In this document: positions 12,975-26,432 of the stretch, piece by piece
How the letters are laid out: every line of letters starts with the position of its first letter
How positions within the stretch are numbered: position 1 is the stretch's first letter
From: the human T2T-CHM13v2.0 reference genome, Homo sapiens
Assembly: GCF_009914755.1 (NCBI RefSeq)
Contig: NC_060947.1
DNA: 64,000 nt
Reading direction: 5' to 3' (one strand)
Notes under the pieces: model-generated
Databases searched by the model: none
The model's input: the letters and a program-made list of their open reading frames with translations, nothing else
What the model was told of the DNA's origin: nothing
Made by a program: the position numbers and the translations under genes

Positions 12975-13420
12975 TAGGTTTAAGTTTAGCTGTAGCAGAG
13001 ATTCAGAATAGCAATAACTTAAAAAAACAATACAGTTGATTATAAGACAGGCAGTCTGGCACATGGAGGAGAAATTCATAAATCTATTGGGGAATATAGA
13101 TTTGTTATATACAGTTTCTTTTTCATCCTCAACGTATATCTTCAACTTCATTGTCCAAAATGTTTGCTGAACTGCTCTCAGCTACGACACTTGCGGAAAA
13201 AGTAAAGAAGGACATGCCTCCTCCCTTTTAAGTACATTTCCCAAACATTGTGTATGGTGCCACTTTCATTTTACTGGCGAGAGTATAGTTACATGGCCAA
13301 AGCTCACTGCAAAGGAAGCTAAGAAATACTATGTTTATTCTAAGTGGCCAATATGCTCAACCAAAATTTATGGTATACTACCAAGGAGAAAAGGAATGAG
13401 TATTGTGGGGATATAGCTCA
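12975..13420. mobile_element. Old MaLR LTR (MLT1J/K/L-like)
   Basis: TACATGGCCAAAGCTCACTGCAAAGGAAGCTAAGAAATA...ACCAAGGAGAAAAGGAATGAGTATTG resembles the MLT1J-type terminus. Confidence 0.55.
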
Positions 13421-14519
13421 ATCTTTGTGGATATCTATCACCCTTCTTTAGAAGGGGATTTAGATTTAGTTTCAGGATACCAACTCCTATTTTTGCCAAT
13501 AAATTGCAATGAACTCGCTCAATTGTAAGAACTTCAGCTGATATTTGAAAATTGGAGAAAAAGAGGAGGAGAATAGCAATCTGTTTTTTTCAGAATACCA
13601 CCTGTTTTCCTCTTCAAACACCTTCATTGGAATTGTCTATAAATAGTTCTTCTCTGTCTATTGTTACTCTCCCAGAACAAGGCCAGACTACATCGTGCCT
13701 ATTCAAGGCCATGCAACAGGATGCACTGCATTAACCATTAATGTCTTGACATTTTCCCTATTAATTTACATAATTTTGAACTGACTGATATAAAAACAGA
13801 ACATAACAAGTTCATCCCATGAGATTAAATTCAGACACAAAAACTGAATTAAACTGAATTAAAAATGAAGAAACATATTGAAAATTTTCTTTCTGATCAC
13901 ATATTCTCTAGTTTACCAACAGAGGGCTCTGTAGGTTTATTTTATTTTTTGGTTGCTCTGTACTTTTCAATTACAGCTTCCTTACATTTGGAAGTACACC
14001 ATATTATCCAGGGTCAAATAAATAATTGTTATATTGTGTCTGTGAAATATACCATAGATCATTGATCTATAACACCAGAACCCTCAAGTCACTTGTGGAT
14101 TAATATAATTAACATAGTATTTAATAGTTAATATAAATTAGCATGGTATTTTGCTGAGGACATGCTACTTAAAATTAATTATATGTAAAATTATATATAA
14201 AATTAATTATATATTTATATATATATATTCTGGAAAATATTAACAGACTCAGAAAAGAAATTGCTTTTAGCTTTTTTCCTCAGAATGAACTACATGTTCA
14301 GTTTAAATTGAGACTTTAACAATTCATTACGTCTATCACTGAAACATTGAAATGCTAACTTGAAAATTTTCTTAAAATATAATTTTCAACCTAGTCATAA
14401 CTTTTAAGAATAGAAAAAATAAAATTTTAAAAATTGTTCTTAATATCAGTTGGAAATTTAAGTGAAATATATGGTTTTTCTAGTAACATCTATACTTCAC
14501 TTTTCTAAAAATAATTTTT

Positions 14520-15835
14520 TACATTTAAAAAATTTATTTTTTATTTTTATGAATACATAATAGTTTTACATGTGATATTTTGATACAAGCATGCAATGTA
14601 TAATGATGAAATCAAAGAAAGTAGAAAAGCTATCACCTCAAGCATTTGTCATTTATTTGTGTTAGGAACGTCCTGATTTCACTCTCCCAGATATTTTGAA
14701 ATATATAGAACGTTATTGTTATCTATACTCGCCCTATTGTTCTACCAAACACTATATCTTACTTTTTCAATCTAACTGTATTTTTGTACTCATTAACCGG
14801 TCCCTCTTTATTCCCCCTTACCCACTACCCTTCCCAGCCTCTGGTAACCATCCTTCTACTCTCTATTAGATCAATAGTTTTTTTGGCTTCCACACATGAG
14901 TGAGGACAAGCAATATTTGTTTTTCTGTGCCTGGCTTATTTTAACTATCACAATTTCCTCTAGTTTCATCCATGCTGCTGCAAATAATAGGCTTTTATTT
15001 CTTTTTAAGGCTAAATCCTATTGTGTATATCTTTTTTAATCCATTCATCCATTGATGAGCACTAGGTTGATTCCATATCTTGGCTATTGTGAATAGACCT
15101 GCAATAAACATGGGAGTGCAGATATCTATTTGACACACTAGTTTCCTTTATTTTGGATATATTATACCCACCTGTGGGATTGCTGGACCATATGATAGTT
15201 CTGTTTTTAGTTTTTTGAGGAATATCTATACTGTTTTCTATAGTAGCCGAACTAATTAACATACCTACCAACAGTGTACAAAGTTTCCCCTTTCTCCACC
15301 TCCTCTCCAGTATTTATTATTGCCTGTCTTAAAAAATTGTGGGTGCATAATAGGTGTGTGTATATATATATATGGGTTACATTAGATACTTTGATAAAGG
15401 CATGCAATGCATAATAACATCAGGGTAAATGGGGTATTCATCACCTCAAGCATTTATCCTTTGCGTTACAAAAAATCCAATGTACTCCTTTAGTTATTTC
15501 CCCTCTTTTTGATAAAAGCCATTCTAACTGGAATGAGATAATATTACATTGTGGTTTTAAATTGCATTTCCCCAATGATTGGTGATGTTGAACATTTTCC
15601 CATATACCTGTTGTCTATTTTTATGTCTTATTTTGAAAAATATTTATTAAGATCTTTTGCCCATTTTTAATATAATTATTTATTATTTTGCTATGGAGTT
15701 TTAGCTCCTTATATATTACAGTTATTAATCCCTTGTGGGGATATTTTCTTCCTGTGGGTTGTCTCTTTACTTTGTTGATTGCTTCCATCACTGTGCAGAA
15801 GCTTTTTAGCTTGATGTAATCCCATTTGTAAAAAA
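14520..15835 (-). mobile_element. L1MA (MA4/5-like) 3' portion, interrupted at 15331-15500
   Basis: T-rich tail at ~14525, L1MA 3'UTR, ORF2 C-terminal remnant ([11 protein letters not shown]). Confidence 0.75.
15331..15500 (-). mobile_element. Short L1MA1-3 3' tip nested in older L1MA
   Basis: TTGTGGGTGCATAATAGGTGTG...GGCATGCAATGCATAATAACATCAGGGTAAATGGGG. The host resumes at TCTTTTTGATAAAAGCCATTC. Confidence 0.75.
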
Positions 15836-15856
15836 TAGGTTTATTTTGAGGTAAGT

Positions 15857-15895
15857 ATGTGTGTGTGTGTGTGTGTGTATGTGTGTGTGTGTATA

Positions 15896-15927
<32 letters not shown>

Positions 15928-15928
15928 C
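15857..15928. repeat. Compound (TG)n(AG)n microsatellite
   Basis: Directly visible. Confidence 0.95.
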
Positions 15929-16044
15929 ACGCATGTGTGTGTCTATGTGATGCCTTTGTAAAGCAAAGTATGAGATAAACTGGAACAAAAAGAAACTTTT
16001 CAAACAACTCCAAGAAATGTCTGGGGAGTCTGTTCATTACTTTA

Positions 16045-16165
16045 CATCTATTCAATAAATATTTACTGAATATTTACCCTGTAGCAGATACTGTTCTAGA
16101 TAGTAGGGATAAAATAGTAAAGAAAACAGACAAAAATCCTTTTTGCAGCTTATATTCTATTTGGA
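16045..16165 (-). mobile_element. L2 3' end fragment
   Basis: ATTCAATAAATATTTACTGAATATTTAC...AAAACAGACAAAAATCCT is typical of an antisense L2 3' end. Confidence 0.6.
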
Positions 16166-16209
16166 CACTATGTACAAATTATCTGACTAATATTTTTTTT
16201 TTAGATTTT

Positions 16210-18050
16210 CAAAGGATACATAATTATCCAATTTAAAAAATCATGGAATGCTTTCTTGAAGCTAATAGAATCCGGACATAAAATCTTGCCAAATATAGCA
16301 CAGGTAATTTAAGGACTAATTCATTTAAAATAAAAAAGTCCCAAATAAATTACTAGGCAAATAAAATATGGAAAAATAAAATGAAGATAATATCACCAAT
16401 ATAACTTATTTCAATAATATCAAAATGACTTCATTAGAAAGTCTCTTATTATATCACATCCATAGGTCAAAAGAAAACTAAGTTATACGGTTATCCCAAT
16501 AGATGTCCATAGAGGCATTTTCTGAATTTCAGCACACATTTCTGATGAAAAAGACAAAGCATTAATTTTTTAAAAGACTGGGCATGAAAGAATAGGTCCT
16601 TAATATTATTATATTCAAATAAAAACAATAACCAATATCATCCATAACAGTGAAACACTAGAGACATTATAATAAAATCAGTAACAAGACAAGCATGCTA
16701 CATCAGTGTAATTGTTTAATACTGGTGTAGAAATTCCACTACATGTAATAAGAAATACACACATAGAAAATCTAAAAAATTATACATAAAATATTAGAAT
16801 TAATGAAAAAGTTCAGTGAAGTGCCTGTATGCAAAATATATGGACAGACTAAAGAGATTTCCTAAAAACTGATAGTAAGTAGTTAGAAAATAGTGTAGGC
16901 GAAAAAGATTCACTTACAAGGCAATATAATACACAAAATACTCAGAAACAATAAAAAAAATCTGAACAAAATTACAAAACTTTACTGGGAGAGGTACAAG
17001 ATTTACGTAAATGTAGAAGAATAACATGTTCTGGAATAGGAAGACTAAATACTATGAACATGCCAAGTTTTTCAAAACTTCAGATGTAAGTTTACTGTAA
17101 TTTGGATTGAAATCCCAATAGGATTTTTGAAGCTTGGGAAAATAATTTTAACATTCATCTGGAAGTTTTTAAACATGAGACAGCCAAGACATTTTTGAAT
17201 TAGAAAAATAGAGGATGCTTGCTTATATAAAAATGTATCAAAGAAGCATTTTCTAAAGCAGTGTGGTGTTGGAACAGGAATATGTGGACATAGAAAAAGA
17301 CTGGAAAACTCAGAAGAAAAATGAATATTCTAATAGAAAAGTGGTAATGACATGAAAAGAAAAATAGTTTACACAGACATTATAATCATGTCAAACTTAA
17401 TGGGTAATCAAAGTAATGAAAATCGAAGTGAGATATATAGATATATATCTATGTAGATATATATTTGACAGAGATTTTAAAAATAATAATCCTCAATGAT
17501 GGTGAGTGTGGATACTCCTTCTGCTAATAGGAATGCCAATGGCCTAAGTGTTGTCAAAATCAATTTAGCAAAATATATACTAAGAGCTTTAAAATATTAA
17601 TATCTGTCTTAGCAATTCCATATAAGGAATATATCCTAAGGAACTATTCAGAGGTGGAGCTAAAGATGAACATCAAAAATGGCCATTTTTTGTTTATTTA
17701 AGCTGTGAAACATTGGCACTTATTAAAATGCCTATATATCAATGCTCAGGTAGTAGCATCTAACCATCAAATAACATATTTTAGAAATTATTTAACAATC
17801 TGATCAAATGCTTAAATGCTTACTATATGATGCTATGTGAAGAAATTAATGTGCAAAACCTTAAGATGCAAATTAACTACAGGCACACACACACATACAT
17901 ACACACACACACACACACACACCCCACCTCCCGGAGGGTAAGAGTACAAGGAAAAAGCACAGAGAAACTAGAAAAAATGCATTGTCAGGTTAACAATGGT
18001 AAAATCTGGATGATGACATTATGAGAGATTTTATGTTCTGTCTAATAATT
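16210..18050 (+). mobile_element. Highly decayed L1ME/MC ORF2-3'UTR remnant
   Basis: A-rich with residual ORF2 landmarks (ATCAGTAACAAGACAAGCATGC, GGAATAGGAAGACTAAATA, TTAGCAATTCCA...ATATATCCTAAGG). Confidence 0.6.
17884..17922. repeat. (CA)n microsatellite
   Basis: Directly visible. Confidence 0.9.
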
Positions 18051-19231
18051 TGGAACCTAAAAATAAACCATCCACTTTAACAGTTGTTAATATTTTTCCA
18101 TATTTCTTGAGCCTTTTTGAAGGAATACAGCAGGGATACAGTTGAAGCCTACTTTTTACCCATATGTTATCCCAATATGCTCTTCCCTTTCAAAAAGTAA
18201 CCACTCTCCTACATTTATTTTTTTCTTTATGTCATTATTTAATGATCTTATTACGTTTTTAATTTTTTAATTTTTAATTTTTGTGCTTACATAGTAGATG
18301 TGTATATTTATAGGGTACATGAGATATTTTCATACAGTCATGTAATGCATAATAGTCACATCAGGGTAAATCGAGTATATATCCCCTCAAGTATTTACAC
18401 TTTGTTACAAAAATTTCAATTATACTCCTTTAGATATGTTTAAATGTACAATTAAATTATTATTGATTATAGTGACTCTGTTGGGCTACCAAATGCTAGG
18501 TGTTATTCATTTTTTTCTAACTTTTTTGTACCCATTAACCATCCCCACCTCCCCCTCAACCACACCACTACCCTTGCCAGCCTCTAGTCCCATCTTTGTA
18601 CTCTCTATCTCCATGAGTTCAATTGTTTTGATGTTTAGATCCCACAAATAAGTGAGCACATGCAATGTGTGTCTTTCTGTGACTGGCTTATTTTGCTTAG
18701 CATAATGACCTCCAGTGCCATACATGTTGCAAATGACAGAATCTCATTCTTTTTTATAGTTGAATAGTCCTCCATTGTGTATAGGTACCACATTTTCATT
18801 ATCTGTTCATCTGTTGATGGACACATGTTCTTTCTAAATCTTGGCTATTGTGAAAAGTGCTTCAACAAACAGAGGAGTGCAGATATCTCTTCAAAATACT
18901 GATTTCTTTTTTTTTTAAGGTATAAACCCAGCAGTGAGATTCCTAGATCATATGATAGCTTTACTTTTAGTTTTTTGAGGAACCTCCAAACTGTTAATGG
19001 TGGATGTACTAATTTCAATTCCCACTAACAGTGTAGATGGTTCTTTTCTCCACATCCTCATCCGCTTTTGCCTTTCTTTTGGATAGAAGCCATTTTAACT
19101 GGGGTGAGATGACATCTCATTGTAGTTCTGATTTGCATTTATCTGATGATCTATGATGTTCAAGACCTTTTTATATGCCTGTTTGCCATTTTTATGTCTT
19201 CTTTTGAGAAATGTCTATTCAAATTTTGTTC

Positions 19232-19393
19232 CTTTTTTGGGAGGAGGAGGGACAGGGTATCACTCTCTCACCCAGGCTGGAGTGTAGTGGCAGGATCTTG
19301 GCTCACTACAGCCTCAACCTCTTGGGCTCAAATGATCTTCCCACCTCAGCCTGCCGAGTAGCTGGGACAAGAGGCGTGGGCCACCACACCTGG

Positions 19394-19432
<39 letters not shown>

Positions 19433-19553
19433 TAGTAGAGACAGGGTTTTGCCATGTTGCCCAGCCTATTCTCTATCTCTTGGGCTCAAGTTCTTCCCCC
19501 ACCTAAGCCTTCCAAAGTGCTGGGATTGCAGGCATGAGTGACTGCGTCTGGCC
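19232..19553 (-). mobile_element. AluJ with (TG)17 replacing the middle A-rich linker
   Basis: GCTCACTACAGCCTCAACCTCTTGGGCTCAAATGATCTTCCC (J-type); TG run at 19397-19430. Confidence 0.9.
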
Positions 19554-22161
19554 TTGTCTCATTTTTTTTGCTCAGATTATTATATATTTTCCTATAGAAT
19601 TGTTTGAGCTTCTCATGTATTGTGGTCATTAACTCCTTGTCAAATGGGTAGTTTGCAAATATTTTTTTCCATTTTGTTGTCTCTTCACTGTGCTGATTGT
19701 TTCCTTTGCTGTGCAGAAGTTTTTGAACTTCGTGTGATACTATTTGTCCATTTTTGCTTTGGTTGCCTGTGCTTGTGGGGTGTTACTCAAGAAAGTTTTG
19801 CCCAGTACAATACCCTGAAGAGTTTCTTCAACGTTTGCTTGTAGTAGTTTCATAGTCTGAGGTCTTAGATTTAAGTGTTTAATCTGTTTTTATTAGATTT
19901 TTATATATGGCGAGAGAGTGGTTGAGTTTGATTCTTCTGTGTATAGATATCTTGTTTTCCCAGCCCCATTTACTGAAGACACTGTATTTTCCTTAGTATA
20001 GGTTTTTGGCACCTTTGTTGAAAATGAGTTCACTGTAGGTGTGTGGATTTCTTTCTGGGTTCTGTATTCTGTTCCATTGGTCTATATTTCTGTTTTTATG
20101 CCACTACCGTGCTGTTTTGGTTACTATTTTTTTTTTCATATAATTTGAAGTCAGATAATGTGATTCCTCCAATGTTCTTCTTTTTTGCTTAGGATAGCAT
20201 TGGATAGTCTGGGTCTTTTGTGGTTCCATGGTTCAAATTTGGTATGCCATATGTGTCTAAGAATGTATTCATGTTCTCTAGATTTTCCAACTTATTGGCA
20301 TATAGCAGCTCATATTATCCACTAATGGTCCATTAAATTTCAGCTGTATCAGTTGTAATGTCTCTTTTTTCATCTCTGATTTTATTAATTTGTGTCTTCT
20401 CTCTGTGTCTTCCTTAATCTGGCTAAAGTGTTGCCAATTTTGTTTAATTTTTTTAAAAATAACTTTTTGTTTTGTTGATCTTTTGTATTTTTTATTTTAA
20501 TTTTATTTTTCACTGTTCTGATCTTTATTATTTTTTACTAATTTTTGGTTTTGTTTGCTCTTGCTTTTTCTATTCCTTTAAGATGTAATATTAGCTTATT
20601 TATTTGACATTTTTCTTCTTTTTGATGTAGACACGTATAATAACAAAATTCCCTCTTAGTACTGCTTTTACTGCATCCCATAGGTTTTGGCATGTTGAGT
20701 TTCTATTATCATTTGGTTCAATAATGTTTTTCAATTTCCCTTTTAATTTCTTCATTGACCCACTGGTCATTCAGGAGCATGTTGTTTAATTTCCATGTGT
20801 TTGTATAGTTTTCAAACTTCCTATTGTTATTGATTTGTAGTTTTATTTTATCGTGGTCAGAGAAGACACTTGTTATTTAAATGTTTTTGAATGTTTCAAG
20901 ACTTGTTTTGTGACCTAATGTATCTTTGAGAATGATCTATCTCCCAAGGAAAAGAATATGTATTCTGCAACCATTGTATGAAATTTTCTGTAAATATCTG
21001 TTGGGCCCATTTGTTCTGTAGTGGAGATTAAGTGCAATGTTTCTTTGTTGACTTTCTGTCTTGGAGATCGTCCAATGCTGAAAGTGGGGTTTCGAAGTTT
21101 TCACCTATTATTGTATTGATGTCTATGTCTCTTTTTAGCTCTAATAATATTTGCTTTATATATATATGAGTGCTCCTGCTTTGGGTGCATATATATTTAA
21201 ACTTTCTATGTCCTCTTGCTGAATTGACCCCTTTATCATTATATAGTGACTGTCTTTGTCTCTTCTTACAATTTTTGTCATGAAATCTATTTTGTCTGAT
21301 ATGAGTATAGCTACTCCTGCTTTTTTGGTTTCTATTATCATGGAATATCTTTTTCCATCCCTTCACTTTCAATTTGTATCTTTACAGGTGAAGTGTGTTT
21401 CTTATAGATAACAGATCACTGGGTCTTAGTTTTTCATCTAATCAGCCACCCAATGTCTTTTGATTACATAGTTTAGTCCATTTACATTCCATGTTATTAT
21501 TGGTAAGTGGGGACTTACTACCTGCCATTTTGTTATTTGTTTCCTGATCTGTTATCTTATCTTCCTTTTTTTCTTCCTTCTTGTCTTTCTTTCAGTGAAG
21601 GTGGTTTTCTTTGGTGGTATTTTTTAATTGCTATTTATTGTTGTGTATACATTGTATCTTTTTAATTTGAGGTTACCACGAGGCTTGCAAATACTACCTT
21701 ATAACCCATTGTTTTAAACTCATGACAACTTAACATAGATTGCATAAACAAACAAGAAATACACAAAAAGAAAACTAGTAAAAACTGTATACTTTATCTT
21801 ATTCCCTCTGCTTTTTAACTTTTTGTTATTTATCATAAAGATCTTATTGTACTGCCTATGTCTTCAAAAGTTGTTGTAGCTATTATTTATTGTTGGTTCA
21901 ACATTGAGTCTTTCTGCTTAAGATAAGAGTAGTTTACACACCACAGTTACAGTGTTTTAATATTCTGTGTTTTTCTGTGGGTTTACTATTACCAGTGAGT
22001 GGTGTACCTTCAGATTTCTTCCTGCTCATTAACGTTCTTTTGCTCCAGATTTGAAGAACTCCCTTTAGCATTTCTTGTAGGACATTTCTGGTGTTGATGA
22101 AATTTGTCAGCTTTTGTTTGTCTGGAAAAGTCCTTATTTTTCCTTTATGTTTGAAGGATAT

Positions 22162-22213
22162 GTCCCCAGTTTGAGGCAGTATCTTTATAGCAGCATGAAA
22201 GCAGGCTAATACA
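22162..22213 (+). mobile_element. THE1/MST LTR 3' terminal fragment
   Basis: CCCAGTTTGAGGCAGTATCTTTATAGCAGCATGAAAGCAGGCTAATACA matches the MaLR LTR end. Confidence 0.75.
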
Positions 22214-22420
22214 ACAGCCTAGGCTTGTTTTTAACCTGTCATTCTTGAGAAGCCTTTTCAGATATTTGAAGAAACAGGTTCTCAAAACCCAATAATCCTG
22301 TTGGTTTTTGCAGTCTCATAGAGGTTTCTTTTTGGTAGTTTTTGATAAGATCTGGAAGAATTCCCTGGATTACGAGGCACTGAATCTTGTTATTTTTCCT
22401 TACTTTCCCCCCAACAAATG

Positions 22421-22423
<3 letters not shown>

Positions 22424-22453
<30 letters not shown>
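22424..22453. repeat. (CT)n microsatellite in L1MA 5'UTR
   Basis: Directly visible. Confidence 0.95.
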
Positions 22454-22457
<4 letters not shown>

Positions 22458-24646
22458 GTGGTCTGCCTGAAACTTGGGGTGTGGTGATGTAAGCCCCCCT
22501 ATGGACACCACTGTTGGGACTGCACTGCGTCAGACCTGAAGCCAGCACAGCACTGGGTCTCACCCAAGACCCACTGTAACCATTACCTGGCTACCACCTA
22601 TGCTCTCTCATGGCCCAAGGGCTCTCCTATCAGTAGGTGCTGAAGCCTGCCATCTATGTGTCCTTCCCTACAGGATGGCACATTACCCTAGGCTTTGAGC
22701 AGGTGCAGAGATGCTGTCTGGGAGCCAGGAATTGGAGTAAAAAACCTTAGAATTTTACCTGATGTTCCATTCTACTGCAGCTAAGCTGGCACTTAAACCA
22801 CAATAGAATGTCTTTCTTGCTCTTGCTCTTCCCTCTCCTTTCTCCCTGTGGCTACCACCACCACTGGCCCATGAAAGGTTCTGCCAGGCTACTGCAGATA
22901 TTCACTTAAAGCCCATGGGTTCTTCAGTCAGCTTGTGGTGAATTCTGCCAGGCCTGGGACTCATCTTTTAGGGCAGTGAGTTCCCCTTTGACTTAGGGGA
23001 AGGTCCAGAAGTGCTATCTGAGAGCCTAGGCATGGACTTGGAGACCCGAAGAGACTGCTTGTTGTTCTATGCCACTGTGTCTGAGTTGGTACCTAAGATG
23101 CAAGGAAAAGTTCCCTTTACTTTTCCCTCTGCTTTTCTCAAACAGAAGGAATCTTTCTCCATAGCCAACATAGCTTGCAAAGTTCTGGGTCACACCTGAA
23201 GTAGCACATTTGGAGCCCAAGGTCCATGGTATACTACCTGGGTATTGCTGCTTGTTATTCAGGGCCCAAAGGCTCTTTAGTCAGCAGGTGATGAATCTTG
23301 CCATATCTGGGTCTTTCCCTTCAAGGCAACAGGTTCCTTTTTGGACTGGCATGTGTCTAGATATGTTGTATATATGGTAGAGTATAGAATGGGTACCTTG
23401 CAACTCTGTTTTGTGCCCTATTCTATTGTGGATTTGCTGGCATCCAAGATGCAAGAAAAAGTACTCTTTACTCTTCACTCTCCTCTACTTATTCAGAAGG
23501 AAGGAATCTCTTTTGTTGCTGGGAGGTGCACTGCCTGGTGTTGGGGAAGGATTGGTGCAAGCACTTTCTTAGCTGCCTCAGCTGGTTTCTTCCTAGATCA
23601 TGAGTCACCATAATCCTATGGCTCTGAGCCCAGATCAGCACTAGTTGTTGCCTTATAATTGCAGTCCTTACACCTTAGACTGCCTTTCTGAGGTCTGCCT
23701 AGAACCCCAGAGCACTTTAGCCTGTAGTGGTGAGGCTTGCCAAGAAACTCAAGTTCAGAGGGCTGGGATAAGCAATTTCCCTCTTTCTAGGTCTGGTTCA
23801 AGTACTTCTTCCATGCAGGGGCGCTGGCTCAGTCCAGTAAGTCTTTACTCTCCTCTCCACTGTGACAGGGCAGCTGTGAACTCAATGTACAGTCCCCCAG
23901 TTGCAGTGCTCTCCCTTCTCCATGTGCACAGACTCTCTGTGCTGCATGGCTGGGGGATGGAGGAGGAGTGATGTTGGTGATTAAAACTGTCTTTCTGATC
24001 CTTTTGAATGCCTCTTTCAGTGATATTAAGTGAAAACAGGCACTTTTATTGCTCGCCTGACTTTTGGTTCTGTGACTGTGCTTTTCTGTGTGCATATAGT
24101 TGTTAAAATTTGGTGTTTCTGTGGGGGGCAAGGATGAACAGTGTAGGCTTCTATTTTGTCACCTTGCTTCACCCTCCAACAACATGTTTTTATAAACCAT
24201 TTGCAGTATATTACAGTGTTGTGTGATGTTAAATATTTACTTACTTTCAATAATTATATATATTCTTTTGTAATTTGCTTTTATCATTCATAATGTTTTG
24301 ATATGTACCCATACTAACGCTGTTCATTTATTTTACTGTTGAATAGAATATAATTCCATTGTGTGACTAAACTATAATTTATTATTACCTATATTATGAA
24401 CCCTTAAGGTGTTTCCAAGTTTATATTAAAATTCTGCAACAAATATGCACACACATACCTCCTTGGGGCACATATCAATTTTTCTGTAGATCATAGGCTG
24501 AGAATTGGAATTGTTGGGTTGTTGGATGGGCAAATTTTCAGCTCTAAAAGAAATTTGCTAAATTGCTTTCAAAATTGTTTACCAACTACACCCCAAGGCC
24601 AAATATTTGAGAGAAACTGTTTCTCCACATCTTTATCTTTATCTTT

Positions 24647-24864
24647 ATTCACTCTTGAATACTTATCTGGATATAAAATCCTAAGTGAGAAGTTATTTCT
24701 TCTTTAGTTATTTGATGGCCAGTGTATTCTATTTTGTATTGTTGTTAATATAAAATCTCAGTATGATTGTCATTTTGGGAGGTAACATATCTTTTCTCAG
24801 ATTATTTTTAATATTTTTCTTTTATTTGATATTTCACAGTTTTTTTTACTTTATTTCCATGTAT
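24647..24864 (+). repeat. Dispersed direct repeat, copy A (copy of 30474-30703)
   Basis: Long identical stretches shared with copy B, e.g. TACTTATCTGGATATAAAATCCTAAGTGAG and GATGGCCAGTGTATTCTATTTTGTATTGTTGTTAAT. Confidence 0.95.
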
Positions 24865-26432
24865 TCCATAAATGTCACATTTATGTCACCAGATGTAAAT
24901 TATTGACAATCTGTTGGGTGTGAAATACATTATATTTAAATTTGTATTTTTCTGACTAAGTTTGATCATCTTTTCATATGTTTATTGATCATTCATATTC
25001 CTTCTCTGTGAATTGCTTGTCCACATCCCTTCCCTGCTTTTTGAGTTGGTTTTTAAAAAATGAATATGTGAGTTATTTATGTTTTCTTCATCACCAATTT
25101 GTTTTTGGCTCATAGGTGTTGTAAATATCTTCTCCCAGTTGTATCTTCGAATTTAAAATTTTTTATCATGCCGATACTTTAAATTATTACATACTCAATT
25201 TTGAACTTTTTCTTTATTACCTTAACTTTGGGTTCTTGTCTTAGAAAGCTATTGACATGCTCCAGTCATAAAGATATTCTCCTATGTTTTTGTCTAAATG
25301 TTTTATTTTTTGTTCACATTTAGGTATTTAAATACATTTGAAATTGATTTTTTGTTATTGCATGATTTTGTTATTGCAGGGATCAACTTAATTTTTCTTC
25401 ATATATACACTCAATTGATCCAACTCTATTTAATGGAAAACTTGTACTCTCTTCAATAATTTTAATGTCATTTTTGCTATATGCTAAATTTTAAAACATG
25501 CATACTGCATTTCTAGGCTGCATTGTTTCATTAGTCTAATTGCTCAATTTTGCCAGTATCACACTGTTTTAATTATTATGGCTTATAATTAGTTTTCATA
25601 TGTAGTATTTTTGTAGTTATTTGATTACAAATATATGACCATTTCATTTATGATTTCTTCTTTGAGTCATGAATTTAAAAAATTAAGTTATAGTTGCTCT
25701 TATATTTTAAAAAATTTGCTTTGCAATAGTATACTATGCTTTTATTATGGTTTTCATTTATTTTTGTAATTTCTATAATCATTTTTGATACTTATGGTTA
25801 TCTTTCATATTGTTTTATTTCTGCATTTTAATCAGAGATATGATCTAAATGAAATCAGTCTTTTAGCTTATGAAATTTTCTTTATGGCCTAGGAATTTTT
25901 TAAATAAACTTTTTATTTTAGAATAGATATACATTAACAGAAAAATTGCAAAGGTAGTACAGAGTTTTCTATATCTCACACCCAGTTTCTCCTATTACTA
26001 ATATCTTACTTTAACATGATAAGTCTGTCCCAATTAGTATATTCACAGGAGGAAATTTTAGCACAGTACTTACAAGTAAATTTTAAAAAAATTCATTTAA
26101 CTACATGATGTGGTTTATCTATCAGTTTTAATGTTTTCAATTTAAAATATTTTATAAGCATTTGAAGAGAATTTAAATACTATAGTTACTGAGTTCAGTG
26201 TTCATGTTTATCCATTACATCAGGATGGTGAATTATGTTATATTGTGTATCTTTCTATTTTTAAAGCTTACATGAAAGTAGTGTGCCAACCCTTTCTGTG
26301 GCTATGGATTTATTGCTTTTTCTTCTGATTCTACAAGTTTATATTTATGTATTCTGAGACTATGTTGTTAGGTACATAGTAACTTAATATTATTATATAT
26401 TTTTGGTTAACTGAAAATTTAAAATATATTTT

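Larger units (their letters stand above)
18255..24177 (-). mobile_element. L1MA2/3-like LINE-1 retaining both ends, with internal deletions
   Basis: 3' tail at ~18260; ORF2 remnants (KAGVAILISDKIDF); inter-ORF region; 5'UTR 22214-24177 ending GGCTTCTATTTTGTCACCTTGCTTCACCCTCC. Deletions at ~20230 and ~22161. Confidence 0.85.

Noticed and set aside
14165-14230. AT-rich quasi-palindrome
   Set aside because: Low-complexity (AT)n-like sequence; self-complementarity is expected by chance.
15845-15860. Consensus splice donor GAG|GTAAGT
   Set aside because: No credible upstream acceptor or coding exon; it lies at an L1/microsatellite boundary and can occur by chance.
22500-23560. Recurring ~300-bp units (also 1-620 and 46900-47830) as a repeat array or CRISPR-like structure
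   Set aside because: These are diverged internal repeats of L1M-type 5'UTRs; there is no identical repeat-spacer periodicity and the DNA is eukaryotic.
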